Positions 28,788-38,461 of a DNA stretch of 47,943 nt are shown here, one piece after another. The stretch covers positions 1 to 47,943 of the forward strand of contig JAVBMM010000085.1 in NCBI GenBank assembly GCA_031552425.1, written 5' to 3'. This stretch comes from Bacteroidales bacterium (GTDB taxonomy: Bacteria > Bacteroidota > Bacteroidia > Bacteroidales > Azobacteroidaceae). Made by a program: the position numbers and the translations under genes. The notes under the pieces were generated by a model. That model was given only the letters and a program-made list of their open reading frames with translations, was not told the DNA's origin and ran no database searches. How positions within the stretch are numbered: position 1 is the stretch's first letter; the number at the start of each line of letters is the position of its first letter.

Positions 28788-30914
28788 ATGGCAACATTAC
28801 AAAAAATCAGAAACAAAGCCGGATTACTTGTAGGAATAGTGGGTGTGGCGTTGTTTGCATTTGTTATCGGAGATGGTTTGCGTTCAGGATCCACCTTTTT
28901 CAGGCAAACGAAAGAAACTGTTATGGTAGTCGACGGTCAATCGGTTAACATCAATGATTATGTAAAACGTTTAAGTGAATTGACTGATATCTATTCTATG
29001 CAATCTAATGGTACTAATTTGCCGGAAGAAAGACAAGCCCAACTGAGAAATGAAGTTTTTGAAAATTTTGTGCGTGAAATGTTAATTAACGAAGAAGCAG
29101 ACAAAGTAGGCTTTTCCGTAACATCAGATGAAGTATTCGATATGATTCAAGGAGAACATGTCTCTCCGATGATTCAACAAATGACGATGTTCCAAAATGA
29201 ACAGGGGCAATTTGACAGAGCGGCTTTGATGAGGTTCCTTCAAATCATAGAGACGCAAGATTTTTCTAATTTTTCTGAACAAGAACGTATACAAATAGAT
29301 AATAGCAGAAAATATTGGTTGTTCCTGGAAAAAAATCTTCAACAACAAAGAATGGAAGAAAAGTTTTCTAATATTATCTCTAAAATTATAGTAGCTAATC
29401 CTTTAGATGTAAAGGCGGAATTTGAAGATAATCGTGTGAGTGTTGACATAGATTATATTCAAAAGAGTTATGCTTCTATTCCAGATAGTTTGGTGGTTGT
29501 GAGTGATTCTGAAATTAAAAAGTTGTATGATAAACGTAAAGAGTTATATAAACAAGAACCGGCTGTAGAACTTAAATATATCGAAGTAAAAGTAGAACCT
29601 TCTGATGCTGATTATGCTGAAGTTGAAAGAGCTATTGAAAAATTGAAACCGGAAATGCTCTCAGGACAAGATGTTTTTGAGGTGGTTAATGAAAGTTCAG
29701 ATGTGCAATTATATGATGCATATGCTTCTGCTGCATTTTTATCTGCTGATGCAAAAAAATTCGTAGAGGAAGCACAAATAGGAGATGTGAAAGGTCCAGT
29801 GCTAATTGGAAATACTTACCATATTTTCAAATATTTGGGTAAAATGATTGCTCCAGACTCTGTCCATGTAAATGAAATAACTATGCCCATGCTTGCAGAA
29901 AAGGAATTGAAGCATTTAACTGATAGTTTGGTAGGTGTTGTAAAAAACGGAAAGCCATTTGCAGAATTAGCTTCAGAACTTATGGGCGGACGTTCTAACG
30001 GAGATTTAGGATGGTTGACCGATGAAATGGCATTGCGTCGTTTCGATAATGTATTCAGAAATGCCATTTATGATGCAAAAGTAAATGATGTATTTGTTCT
30101 TAAAACTTCACGAGGAACAACTCATATAGTACAAGTTACCGAGAAAACAACTCCTGTTGCTAAATATAAAGTAGCTGATTTGGCTATGGAAGTGAATCCA
30201 AGTAATACTACCACAACCAATGCATTTACAAAATTAAATCAATATGTGCTTAAGAATAATACATTAAGCAAATTTGAATCGGAAGCTTCTTCTGAAGGAT
30301 ACTTATGTCAACGTATTACATTAGATCCGAATGAGCAAATGTTTGCTAATATTCCTTCTACCCGTTCTTTGGTACAATGGGCATTTAAACATAAAAAAGG
30401 AGAAATTTCTGATGTAACTGAATGCGACGGTTATAAATATGTGGTTGCAATGGTTGACAATAAGTTAGAAAAAGGTTATAGACCTGCCAGTTCCGTATCC
30501 GAATATTTAAAACAAGAATTGATCAGAGACAAAAAAGCGGAAAAAATCATTGCTGATATCCAAGCAAAAAATTGTACATCTTTAGAAGCATGTGGAACCA
30601 CATTGGATCTTCCGGTACAATCTGTTAAATTCTTGAATTTCGGAACAAATCGTATCACAGGTATCGGTACGGAACCTGTTTTGAATGCAGTTGCTCCTTT
30701 GTCTGAAGTAAATAAAATGAGTAAACCGGTAAAAGGTAATCTGGGAGTTTATATTTTCAAGGTAACCGACAAACATGAAAGTAATACGGAATTTAACTTG
30801 GAAAGACAAAAACAAATGATGGATTCTCAAAATGCTTATCGTTACATGTATCAATCTGTAAGGGCTTTACGGGATAATGCAAATGTAGAAGATTATAGAA
30901 TCAGGTTTTATTGA
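28788..30914 (+). CDS. ppiD: PpiD-like periplasmic chaperone / peptidyl-prolyl isomerase with N-terminal membrane anchor
   Basis: 708 aa. MATLQKIRNKAGLLVGIVGVALFAFVIG is the typical PpiD N-terminus, followed by a SurA-N-like region and a parvulin-like segment. Confidence 0.75.
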   Translation: MATLQKIRNKAGLLVGIVGVALFAFVIGDGLRSGSTFFRQTKETVMVVDGQSVNINDYVKRLSELTDIYSMQSNGTNLPEERQAQLRNEVFENFVREMLINEEADKVGFSVTSDEVFDMIQGEHVSPMIQQMTMFQNEQGQFDRAALMRFLQIIETQDFSNFSEQERIQIDNSRKYWLFLEKNLQQQRMEEKFSNIISKIIVANPLDVKAEFEDNRVSVDIDYIQKSYASIPDSLVVVSDSEIKKLYDKRKELYKQEPAVELKYIEVKVEPSDADYAEVERAIEKLKPEMLSGQDVFEVVNESSDVQLYDAYASAAFLSADAKKFVEEAQIGDVKGPVLIGNTYHIFKYLGKMIAPDSVHVNEITMPMLAEKELKHLTDSLVGVVKNGKPFAELASELMGGRSNGDLGWLTDEMALRRFDNVFRNAIYDAKVNDVFVLKTSRGTTHIVQVTEKTTPVAKYKVADLAMEVNPSNTTTTNAFTKLNQYVLKNNTLSKFESEASSEGYLCQRITLDPNEQMFANIPSTRSLVQWAFKHKKGEISDVTECDGYKYVVAMVDNKLEKGYRPASSVSEYLKQELIRDKKAEKIIADIQAKNCTSLEACGTTLDLPVQSVKFLNFGTNRITGIGTEPVLNAVAPLSEVNKMSKPVKGNLGVYIFKVTDKHESNTEFNLERQKQMMDSQNAYRYMYQSVRALRDNANVEDYRIRFY

Positions 30915-30935
30915 TCAAAGATAAATATTTAGGAT

Positions 30936-30981
30936 GGGTTGATTACACTTGAAATATTTGTGTGTCAACCCATTTTTGTTT
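30936..30981 (+). terminator. Intrinsic terminator after ppiD
   Basis: GGGTTGA (30936-30942) pairs with TCAACCC (30965-30971), with an inner ACAC/GTGT extension. It is followed by ATTTTTGTTTT. Confidence 0.5.
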
Positions 30982-31000
30982 TAAATCTTGAATTTCAAAT

Positions 31001-32014
31001 ATGAAACATCCTCTTCTCGGACAAACATTAGAAGAATTGAAATCCATTGTCATTGCATTGGGAATGCCTTCTTATGTGGCCAAACAAATATCAGATTGGT
31101 TGTACAAAAAGAAGATAAAGTCTGTAGAAGAAATGACTAATCTTTCTGTTGTTAACAGACAGAAACTTTCGGAAATTTATGAAGTCGGATGTATGGCTCC
31201 GGTAGAATCTCAAATGTCTACCGATGGTACTATCAAATATCTTTTTCCTGTATCAAATAATAAATATGTAGAAACGGTTTATATTCCAGAGGAAGATCGC
31301 GCAACCCTTTGCGTTTCATCTCAAATAGGTTGCAAAATGAATTGTTTGTTTTGTATGACAGGCAAACAGGGATTTTCAGGGAATCTTACTCCGGTTGAAA
31401 TATTGAATCAAATACAATCCCTTTCTCAACTGGAAAAGTTGACAAATATCGTTTTTATGGGGATGGGAGAACCTATGGATAATGTTGAAAATCTACTCAA
31501 AGTCTTGGAGATTTTAACTGCCGATTACGGATATGCTTGGAGCCCCAAAAGGATAACGGTTTCCACTATTGGAATAATTCCCGGTTTGAAGTCGTTTTTG
31601 GAAAGAAGCAAATGTCATCTGGCAATTAGCCTGCATTCACCTTTTCATGAAGAACGTTTGAAGTTAATGCCAATTGAAAAGATATATCCTTTAAGTGAGA
31701 TTCTTCAATTAATCAGGGAATATGATTTTTCTCATCAAAGGCGTGTTTCATTTGAATATATCATGTTTAACGGATTGAATGACAAACTTTCTCATGCTCG
31801 TGAATTGGTTAAATTACTTTCCGGTGTTCCTTGCCGAGTAAATTTAATTAAGTATCATGCAATTCCGGCAGTAAATCTGTTGTCTTCAGACGAAAAGAAA
31901 ATGTTAATTTTTAGGGATTTTCTGACTTCTAAAGGAATTATTTGTACAATCAGAACTTCTCGAGGAGAAGATATTCTTGCTGCCTGTGGGATGCTTTCTA
32001 CAAAAAAGAATTGA
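31001..32014 (+). CDS. rlmN: 23S rRNA/tRNA adenine-C2 methyltransferase RlmN (radical SAM)
   Basis: 337 aa with the CVSSQIGCKMNCLFCMTG radical SAM motif. The C-terminal conserved Cys context is GEDILAACGML. Confidence 0.92.
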   Translation: MKHPLLGQTLEELKSIVIALGMPSYVAKQISDWLYKKKIKSVEEMTNLSVVNRQKLSEIYEVGCMAPVESQMSTDGTIKYLFPVSNNKYVETVYIPEEDRATLCVSSQIGCKMNCLFCMTGKQGFSGNLTPVEILNQIQSLSQLEKLTNIVFMGMGEPMDNVENLLKVLEILTADYGYAWSPKRITVSTIGIIPGLKSFLERSKCHLAISLHSPFHEERLKLMPIEKIYPLSEILQLIREYDFSHQRRVSFEYIMFNGLNDKLSHARELVKLLSGVPCRVNLIKYHAIPAVNLLSSDEKKMLIFRDFLTSKGIICTIRTSRGEDILAACGMLSTKKN

Positions 32015-32099
32015 AATCTTTTACTTTATCAGGAGCTGATTGTATCAATTAAATTTTCTATTTTTTTAGTTATCTGTTGTTTCCCTCTGAATAAGATGT

Positions 32100-32107
32100 T
32101 ACATTTG
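32100..32107 (+). promoter_or_regulatory. Bacteroidota -7 box TAcaTTTG
   Basis: Exact match, 50 nt upstream of the pdxA ATG (32158). Confidence 0.4.
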
Positions 32108-32157
32108 CATATTGGATATAAGAAACTCATAAGTTTAATATTAGGATAATAATCTGA

Positions 32158-33249
32158 ATGGAAGAATATAAAGTGAAAATAGGAATTACGCATGGAGATA
32201 TCAATGGGATAGGATATGAAGTTATTATAAAAACATTGTCCGATGCCCGGATATTGGAATTATGCACCCCCATTATTTACGGCTCTTCGAAAGTATTGGC
32301 ATACCATCGTAAATTGATGGAATTAGAACCGGTTAATTTATCTATTATCAATCATGCTCAAGACGCCGGATCAAATAGGGTAAGTATCATTAATAGCGTA
32401 GATACCGATGTGAAAGTTGATATATCTCAAGCTACACCGGAAGCGGGAGAAGCTTCTTTTAAAGCATTGGAAGATGCCGTACGTGATTTGAAAGAAGGAC
32501 TTATTGATGTATTACTTACAGCTCCTATCAACAAAAATAATATACAAAGCGAAAATTTTACATTTCCCGGACATACCGAATATTTGGAACAATCTTGCGG
32601 AAACGGACAGAAGGCTTTGATGATTTTATTAAATGATGATCTTCGGGTAGCATTGGTGACAGGCCATGTCCCTCTTGCATCAGTTTCTTCTATGTTAACA
32701 GTTTCTGGTATTGTTGATAAATTGACTTTATTTAATCATACCTTGAAGCAGGATTTTGGAATCGTTCGTCCTCGTATAGCAGTATTATCGTTGAATCCTC
32801 ATGCCGGAGAAGATGGCTTGTTGGGAAAAGAAGAGAATGATATTATTATTCCAGCTATTCAGGAAGCTGATAAACAAGGAGTTTTATGTTTTGGCCCTTT
32901 TGCTGCAGATGGATTTTTCGGTTCAGGAAGTTATTCCAAATATGATGGTATATTGGCTATGTATCACGATCAAGGCTTGATTCCTTTCAAGACTTTGGCT
33001 ATGGAAAATGGAGTTAATTACACCGCTGGATTGCCAGTGATCCGTACTTCTCCCGCACATGGTACTGCATACGATATTGCAGGAAAAAATATAGCTTCGG
33101 AAGAATCTTTCAGAAATGCTTTGTACACTGCAATAGATGTGTACAGGAACAGGCGTTCTTCTCAAGAAGCTCAATCCAATCCGTTAAGGAAACAGTATTT
33201 TGAAAGGGGATCGGATAATGAAAAGCTAGATCTTTCTTCTGATGAATAA
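32158..33249 (+). CDS. pdxA: 4-hydroxythreonine-4-phosphate dehydrogenase
   Basis: 363 aa with GITHGDINGIGYEV, FPGHTEYL, LNPHAGE and YHDQGLIPFK, all PdxA family motifs. Confidence 0.9.
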   Translation: MEEYKVKIGITHGDINGIGYEVIIKTLSDARILELCTPIIYGSSKVLAYHRKLMELEPVNLSIINHAQDAGSNRVSIINSVDTDVKVDISQATPEAGEASFKALEDAVRDLKEGLIDVLLTAPINKNNIQSENFTFPGHTEYLEQSCGNGQKALMILLNDDLRVALVTGHVPLASVSSMLTVSGIVDKLTLFNHTLKQDFGIVRPRIAVLSLNPHAGEDGLLGKEENDIIIPAIQEADKQGVLCFGPFAADGFFGSGSYSKYDGILAMYHDQGLIPFKTLAMENGVNYTAGLPVIRTSPAHGTAYDIAGKNIASEESFRNALYTAIDVYRNRRSSQEAQSNPLRKQYFERGSDNEKLDLSSDE

Positions 33250-33276
33250 AATAATTATATAAGGAAAAATATTCCA

Positions 33277-34155
33277 ATGCCTATGATTCAATCTATGACC
33301 GGTTATGGTAAAGCCATTGCTGAATTAAGTGATAAAAAAGTAACTATTGAGATAAAATCTTTGAACAGTAAACAGCTGGATTTGAATACCCGTATCCCTA
33401 TGGTATACAGGGAGAAAGAAATAGAAATCAGAGCAGAATTGTTGCAAAAACTGGAGAGAGGAAAAGTTGATTTGAGCATTTTACTGGAAAATTTGGGAAA
33501 AAATACAACAACTCAAATTAATCAACCGATTTTTGAAAGTTATTTCCTGCAGATAAAAGAAGTTGCTGATAAATTACAGTTGGAATTGCCGTCCGACTGG
33601 TTTTCAGTTTTGCTGCGTTTGCCGGATGTTATAAAGGCAGAAATTTCCGTTTTGGATGAAAATGAATGGAAGCAAGTTTGGGAAGCTCTCTTGAAAGCGA
33701 TAGATTCTTTGATTGATTTCCGTAAGCAGGAAGGGCAAATGCTGAAAATATATTTTGAAAACAAAATTAATAATATACAAGTTTTATTAGAGGAAGTTTC
33801 TCAATATGAAGGAGAACGGATAAAAAGAATCAAAGAAAAGATTATAGAAGCGTTACAAAAAAATGAAATAACTTCTTTTGATAATAATCGTTTTGAGCAA
33901 GAATTGATTTTTTATATTGAGAAATTAGATGTAAACGAAGAAAAATCTCGTTTAAAAAACCACTTGGATTATTTTTTGAGAACCTTGTCTGACGGTAAAG
34001 GTCAAGGTAAAAAATTAGGATTTATAGTACAAGAAATAGGGCGGGAAATCAATACATTGGGTTCTAAATCCAACCATGCTGAAATGCAACAAATTGTAGT
34101 GCAGATGAAAGATGAATTAGAACAAATCAAAGAACAGGTTTTGAATGTTTTATGA
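33277..34155 (+). CDS. yicC: YicC family stress-induced protein
   Basis: The MIQSMTGYGKA N-terminus (a likely alternative start at 33283) and the C-terminal EIGREINTLGSKS motif are characteristic of YicC. Confidence 0.85.
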   Translation: MPMIQSMTGYGKAIAELSDKKVTIEIKSLNSKQLDLNTRIPMVYREKEIEIRAELLQKLERGKVDLSILLENLGKNTTTQINQPIFESYFLQIKEVADKLQLELPSDWFSVLLRLPDVIKAEISVLDENEWKQVWEALLKAIDSLIDFRKQEGQMLKIYFENKINNIQVLLEEVSQYEGERIKRIKEKIIEALQKNEITSFDNNRFEQELIFYIEKLDVNEEKSRLKNHLDYFLRTLSDGKGQGKKLGFIVQEIGREINTLGSKSNHAEMQQIVVQMKDELEQIKEQVLNVL

Positions 34156-34718
34156 AAACAAAACTACTCATATTTTCAGCTCCTTCCGGTACAGGTAAGT
34201 CGACAATTGTAAATTATTTGTTGAAGCAAGATTTACAGCTGAAATTTTCTATATCTGCGACCAGTCGTCTTCCTCGGGGAGAAGAAAGAGATGGTGTGGA
34301 ATATTATTTTTTGTCTTTGGAAGAATTTAAGAGAAAAATTGCCAATGGAGAATTTCTGGAATATGAGGAAGTTTATAAAGATCGTTTTTATGGAACTTTG
34401 AAAGCTGAAGTAGAACGTATCCTTGATTCCGGAAGTCATGTAATATTTGATGTAGATGTAGTAGGTGGATGCAAAATCAAAGAATATTATGGAAATAGGG
34501 CTTTGTCTGTTTTTATACAACCACCATCTATCGATGCACTCAAACAGCGTTTGGAAAAAAGAGGGACAGATACACCGGAAGTTATTCAGGAACGATTAAA
34601 TAAAGCCTCTTATGAACTAACATTTGCTTCCCGGTTTGATCAAATTGTTATCAATGAAGATTTTGACGAAGCGAAAGAAAAAACCTTGACCTTAGTTCGT
34701 AACTTTTTACAAACATGA
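34152..34718 (+). CDS. gmk: Guanylate kinase
   Basis: 188 aa with P-loop APSGTGKST and SATSRLPRGEE...GVEYYF. An ATGA overlap links it to yicC. Confidence 0.92.
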   Translation: MKTKLLIFSAPSGTGKSTIVNYLLKQDLQLKFSISATSRLPRGEERDGVEYYFLSLEEFKRKIANGEFLEYEEVYKDRFYGTLKAEVERILDSGSHVIFDVDVVGGCKIKEYYGNRALSVFIQPPSIDALKQRLEKRGTDTPEVIQERLNKASYELTFASRFDQIVINEDFDEAKEKTLTLVRNFLQT

Positions 34719-35272
34719 GCGTTGTCGGTATATATCCCGGATCTTTTAATCCTATTCATATCGGACATTTAATTGTAGCCAATTATATGTGTGAATTTGA
34801 AGGATTAGACGAAGTTTGGTTTTTGGTAACTCCTCAAAATCCTTTAAAAGATAATCCTGCCGAATATTCTGCTGATCAACGTTTTCGTTGGGTAAGATCC
34901 GCTATTGAAAAATATCCGAAATTCAAAGTGTCGGATTTTGAATGGCAATTACCTTATCCGCATTATACCGTACAAACCTTACAATCTTTACGTGCGATTT
35001 ATCCGGAGAAAACATTTTCATTGATTATCGGAGCAGATAATTGGTTTGTTTTTAATCAATGGAAAGACTACAAAACCATTTTGAATGAATTTGATGTACT
35101 GGTATATCCCCGTAATGGATATGATTGTACAATTAATGAAGATCTCCCTCGCGTTCGCATCAGTCAAGCTCCTTTGGTAGATATATCTTCCACATTTATC
35201 AGAGAAAATATTCAAATGGGAAAAGACCTTCGTTTTTTCTTACCACCGGAAGTGGCGGATTTTCTTTGCTAA
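34715..35272 (+). CDS. nadD: Nicotinate-nucleotide adenylyltransferase
   Basis: 185 aa with GSFNPIHIGHL (HxGH nucleotidyltransferase motif) and the late ISSTFIR motif. An ATGA overlap links it to gmk. Confidence 0.9.
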   Translation: MSVVGIYPGSFNPIHIGHLIVANYMCEFEGLDEVWFLVTPQNPLKDNPAEYSADQRFRWVRSAIEKYPKFKVSDFEWQLPYPHYTVQTLQSLRAIYPEKTFSLIIGADNWFVFNQWKDYKTILNEFDVLVYPRNGYDCTINEDLPRVRISQAPLVDISSTFIRENIQMGKDLRFFLPPEVADFLC

Positions 35273-35298
35273 TTATTGTTCATCTCGTTTACTAATGT

Positions 35299-35306
35299 TA
35301 CCTTTG
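35299..35306 (+). promoter_or_regulatory. Bacteroidota -7 box TAccTTTG
   Basis: Exact match, 27 nt upstream of the tsaB ATG at 35333. Confidence 0.45.
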
Positions 35307-35332
35307 CGGGTATAAAACCAAAGACTTCATTT

Positions 35333-36016
35333 ATGTCTTGTATTATTTGCTTGGAAACATCTACAAAAGTATGTTCTGTGGCACTGTCTGTAAATGAAAA
35401 CATTGTATTTAATAAAGAAGATTATACAGGGCCGTCACATGCGGTGCTGTTAGGAGTTTTTGTTAATGAGGCAGTTTCTTATGCAAGAAAAAATAATTTA
35501 AAGATTGATGCTGTGGCTGTGAGTGCCGGTCCGGGATCGTATACAGGATTACGTATCGGTGTTTCTGAAGCTAAAGGTTTGTGTTATGGTTGGGATGTTC
35601 CGTTAATTGCAATTCCTACTTTGCAGATATTAACTTCACAGGTAATAACTGCCGGATATAAAGCTGATTATTATTGTCCGATGATAGATGCCCGGCGTAT
35701 GGAAGTATATGCTGCCGTTTATGATAATCATTTGAATGAATTAAGGGAAGTGGGCGCTGATATTGTGACATTCGATACATACATGGATTTCTTTTTAAAA
35801 GGAGAAGTGTTGTTTTTCGGAAATGGCAGCGAAAAATGTCATGCAATCATATCTTCTGCGAATGTCGGTTTTGTTCAAAATATTCATCCTACAGCATCAG
35901 GAATGGTTCCGTTGGCATTACAATATTACAAAGAAAAAAAATATGAAGATGTAGCTTATTTTGAACCTTTTTATTTAAAAGAGTTTCAGGCAACTACTCC
36001 AAAAGTGAAAATTTGA
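35333..36016 (+). CDS. tsaB: tRNA threonylcarbamoyladenosine biosynthesis protein TsaB
   Basis: MSCIICLETSTKVCSVAL... and GPGSYTGLRIG are typical of TsaB. The ATG at 35333 is preferred over the ORF-track start at 35276 because a TAccTTTG promoter box lies at 35299-35306. Confidence 0.85.
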   Translation: MSCIICLETSTKVCSVALSVNENIVFNKEDYTGPSHAVLLGVFVNEAVSYARKNNLKIDAVAVSAGPGSYTGLRIGVSEAKGLCYGWDVPLIAIPTLQILTSQVITAGYKADYYCPMIDARRMEVYAAVYDNHLNELREVGADIVTFDTYMDFFLKGEVLFFGNGSEKCHAIISSANVGFVQNIHPTASGMVPLALQYYKEKKYEDVAYFEPFYLKEFQATTPKVKI

Positions 36017-36030
36017 AATTAATCGTTTTT

Positions 36031-36630
36031 ATGAAATACAATACACAAGAAAAAGCATTGATATTGCCGGAATATGGCCGGAATATTCAAAACATGGTGG
36101 ATTATTGTATCACCATTACAGACAGGAATGAACGTAAACGTTGCGCCAATACAATCATAAACATTATGGGGAACATGTTTCCTCATTTGCGGGATGTTAA
36201 TGATTTCAAGCATATTTTATGGGATCATTTGGCTATTATGTCAGATTTTAAGTTAGACATAGATTATCCGTATGAAGTAGTGAAAAAAGAGGACTTATAT
36301 TCCCGTCCTCCGAAATTACCCTACAGTCAAGGTAAAATAACATATCGCCATTATGGTAAAAATCTGGAAGGAATGATTCGCAAAGCTACTGAATATAAAC
36401 CAGGGGAAGAAAAAGACCAATTGATTAAGATGTTGGCTAATCATATGAAGAAATCATTTCTGACATGGAATAAAGAAGTTGTTGATGACAGAAAGATATT
36501 TAAAGATTTGGATGAGCTTTCTCATGGAAGTATTCTTTTGGATGAAAACTCTCATAAATTGACCGAATCTAAGGATATCTTGATGAATAAAAATAAAAAC
36601 TTGTCACGAAAAATGAACAAGAATCAATAA
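36031..36630 (+). CDS. DUF4290 domain-containing protein
   Basis: The N-terminus MKYNTQEKALILPEYGRNIQNMVDY is the conserved start of the Bacteroidota DUF4290 family. The ATG at 36031 is preferred over 36013. Confidence 0.7.
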   Translation: MKYNTQEKALILPEYGRNIQNMVDYCITITDRNERKRCANTIINIMGNMFPHLRDVNDFKHILWDHLAIMSDFKLDIDYPYEVVKKEDLYSRPPKLPYSQGKITYRHYGKNLEGMIRKATEYKPGEEKDQLIKMLANHMKKSFLTWNKEVVDDRKIFKDLDELSHGSILLDENSHKLTESKDILMNKNKNLSRKMNKNQ

Positions 36631-36631
36631 T

Positions 36632-37936
36632 ATGGCATCATTTGTTATAGAAGGTGGCCACCGGCTAAGTGGTGAAATTACACCTCAAGGGGCTAAAAAT
36701 GAAGCACTTCAGGTTTTATGTGCAGTTTTGCTTACTCCGAAAAAAGTAACTATCCATAATATCCCGGATATATTGGATGTGAACAATTTGATTTTATTGT
36801 TGATAGATATGGGGGTGAAAACTGAAAAATTATCTCCTCATACTTATACATTTCAAGCAGACGAAGTAAACATCGATTACCTTCAAACGGATGATTTTTT
36901 TAGAAAAAGTGCTTCTTTAAGGGGGTCTGTAATGATTGTAGGACCTTTGGTGGCACGTTTTGGGAAAGCCTTGATTCCTAAGCCTGGTGGAGATAAAATC
37001 GGACGTAGACGTTTGGATACTCATTTTGTCGGAATTCAAAAACTGGGAGCTGATTTCCTGTATGATGCTGATAGACAATTATATGAGGTTACAGCAAAAA
37101 AACTGCATGGAACATATATGTTGCTGGATGAGGCTTCTGTTACCGGAACCGCGAATATATTAATGGCTTCAGTGTTAGCGAAAGGAACAACAACCATATA
37201 TAATGCTGCTTGTGAACCTTATTTGCAACAACTTTCCAAGATGCTTATTGCTATGGGCGCAAAAATATCCGGAGTTGGTTCTAATTTGTTGACAATAGAG
37301 GGAGTCGATGCCTTAGGTGGATGTACTCACACTATTTTGCCGGATATGATTGAAACGGGAAGTTTTATCGGAATGGCTGCCATGACAGGTTCTGAAATTA
37401 CTATTAAAGATGTCTCCGTAGAAAATTTGGGTATCATCCCGGATGCCTTTCGTCGTATAGGAATCCAAGTAGATCAAGTCGGAGATGATTTGCATATACC
37501 GGCACTTGATTCATATTCCATAGAAACTTTTATAGATGGCTCTATTATGACTATCGCCGATGCTCCTTGGCCTGGATTGACCCCGGATTTATTGAGTGTG
37601 TTTTTGGTGGTTGCCACTCAGGCTGTAGGAAGTGTATTGATTCACCAGAAAATGATTGAGAGTCGTTTGTTCTTTGTTGATAAATTAATTGATATGGGGG
37701 CTCAAATTATACTTTGTGATCCTCATCGGGCTACTGTTATCGGATTAGGAAAACGTTTTCCGTTGCGCGGAGCAGTTATGGCTTCTCCAGATATTCGTGC
37801 CGGAATAGCTTTATTGATCGCAGCAATGAGTGCAGAGGGAGTAAGCCGGATTAATAATATCGATCAGATAGATAGAGGATATCAAAATATAGATTTGAGA
37901 TTGAATGTTCTTGGCGCTCGAATAACCCGTATATGA
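36632..37936 (+). CDS. murA: UDP-N-acetylglucosamine 1-carboxyvinyltransferase
   Basis: 434 aa with FVIEGGHRLSGEITPQGAKNEAL, the PGGDKIGRRRLDTH loop (Asp variant of the active-site loop) and a C-terminal IDRGY motif. Confidence 0.95.
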   Translation: MASFVIEGGHRLSGEITPQGAKNEALQVLCAVLLTPKKVTIHNIPDILDVNNLILLLIDMGVKTEKLSPHTYTFQADEVNIDYLQTDDFFRKSASLRGSVMIVGPLVARFGKALIPKPGGDKIGRRRLDTHFVGIQKLGADFLYDADRQLYEVTAKKLHGTYMLLDEASVTGTANILMASVLAKGTTTIYNAACEPYLQQLSKMLIAMGAKISGVGSNLLTIEGVDALGGCTHTILPDMIETGSFIGMAAMTGSEITIKDVSVENLGIIPDAFRRIGIQVDQVGDDLHIPALDSYSIETFIDGSIMTIADAPWPGLTPDLLSVFLVVATQAVGSVLIHQKMIESRLFFVDKLIDMGAQIILCDPHRATVIGLGKRFPLRGAVMASPDIRAGIALLIAAMSAEGVSRINNIDQIDRGYQNIDLRLNVLGARITRI

Positions 37937-38457
37937 TTAAAAAAGAAGAAGTTACGCGTATTGGACAATTCAATAAGCCTCATGGTATAAAAGGAGAGTT
38001 ATCATTTACTTTTTCGAATGATGTATTTGATGGGAGTGAATGTGAATTTCTAATATGTGAATTGAATGGTATTTTTGTACCCTTTTTACTTGAAAGCTAT
38101 AAGTTTAAATCGGATGTTAGTGCATTTGTGAAATTAAAAGGAATCGATTCCGAACAAGATGCAAAGATGTTCACGAATTTGGACGTATATTTTCCTACCA
38201 AATACATTCCGGAAATTGGGATTACACCGGCTAAAGCTTGGAGTTTTTTTGTCGGATTTACTATGGAAGATGTTTCTCGGAACATTGCAATCGGAGAAAT
38301 TATTGAAATAGAAGAATCTACCGCCAATACGCTTTTCATTGTGGAAAACAATAATACTGAATATTTAATTCCGGCGGCAGAAGATTGGATTGTGGGAGTG
38401 GATATGGAAGAAAAAATACTTCAGGTGGAGCTTCCGGAGGGTTTAATCGATTTGTAA
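37933..38457 (+). CDS. rimM: 16S rRNA processing protein RimM
   Basis: 174 aa. The KPHGIKGEL motif lies near the N-terminus and a PRC-barrel-like C-terminus ends with LPEGLIDL. An ATGA overlap links it to murA. Confidence 0.85.
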   Translation: MIKKEEVTRIGQFNKPHGIKGELSFTFSNDVFDGSECEFLICELNGIFVPFLLESYKFKSDVSAFVKLKGIDSEQDAKMFTNLDVYFPTKYIPEIGITPAKAWSFFVGFTMEDVSRNIAIGEIIEIEESTANTLFIVENNNTEYLIPAAEDWIVGVDMEEKILQVELPEGLIDL

Positions 38458-38461
38458 AATC

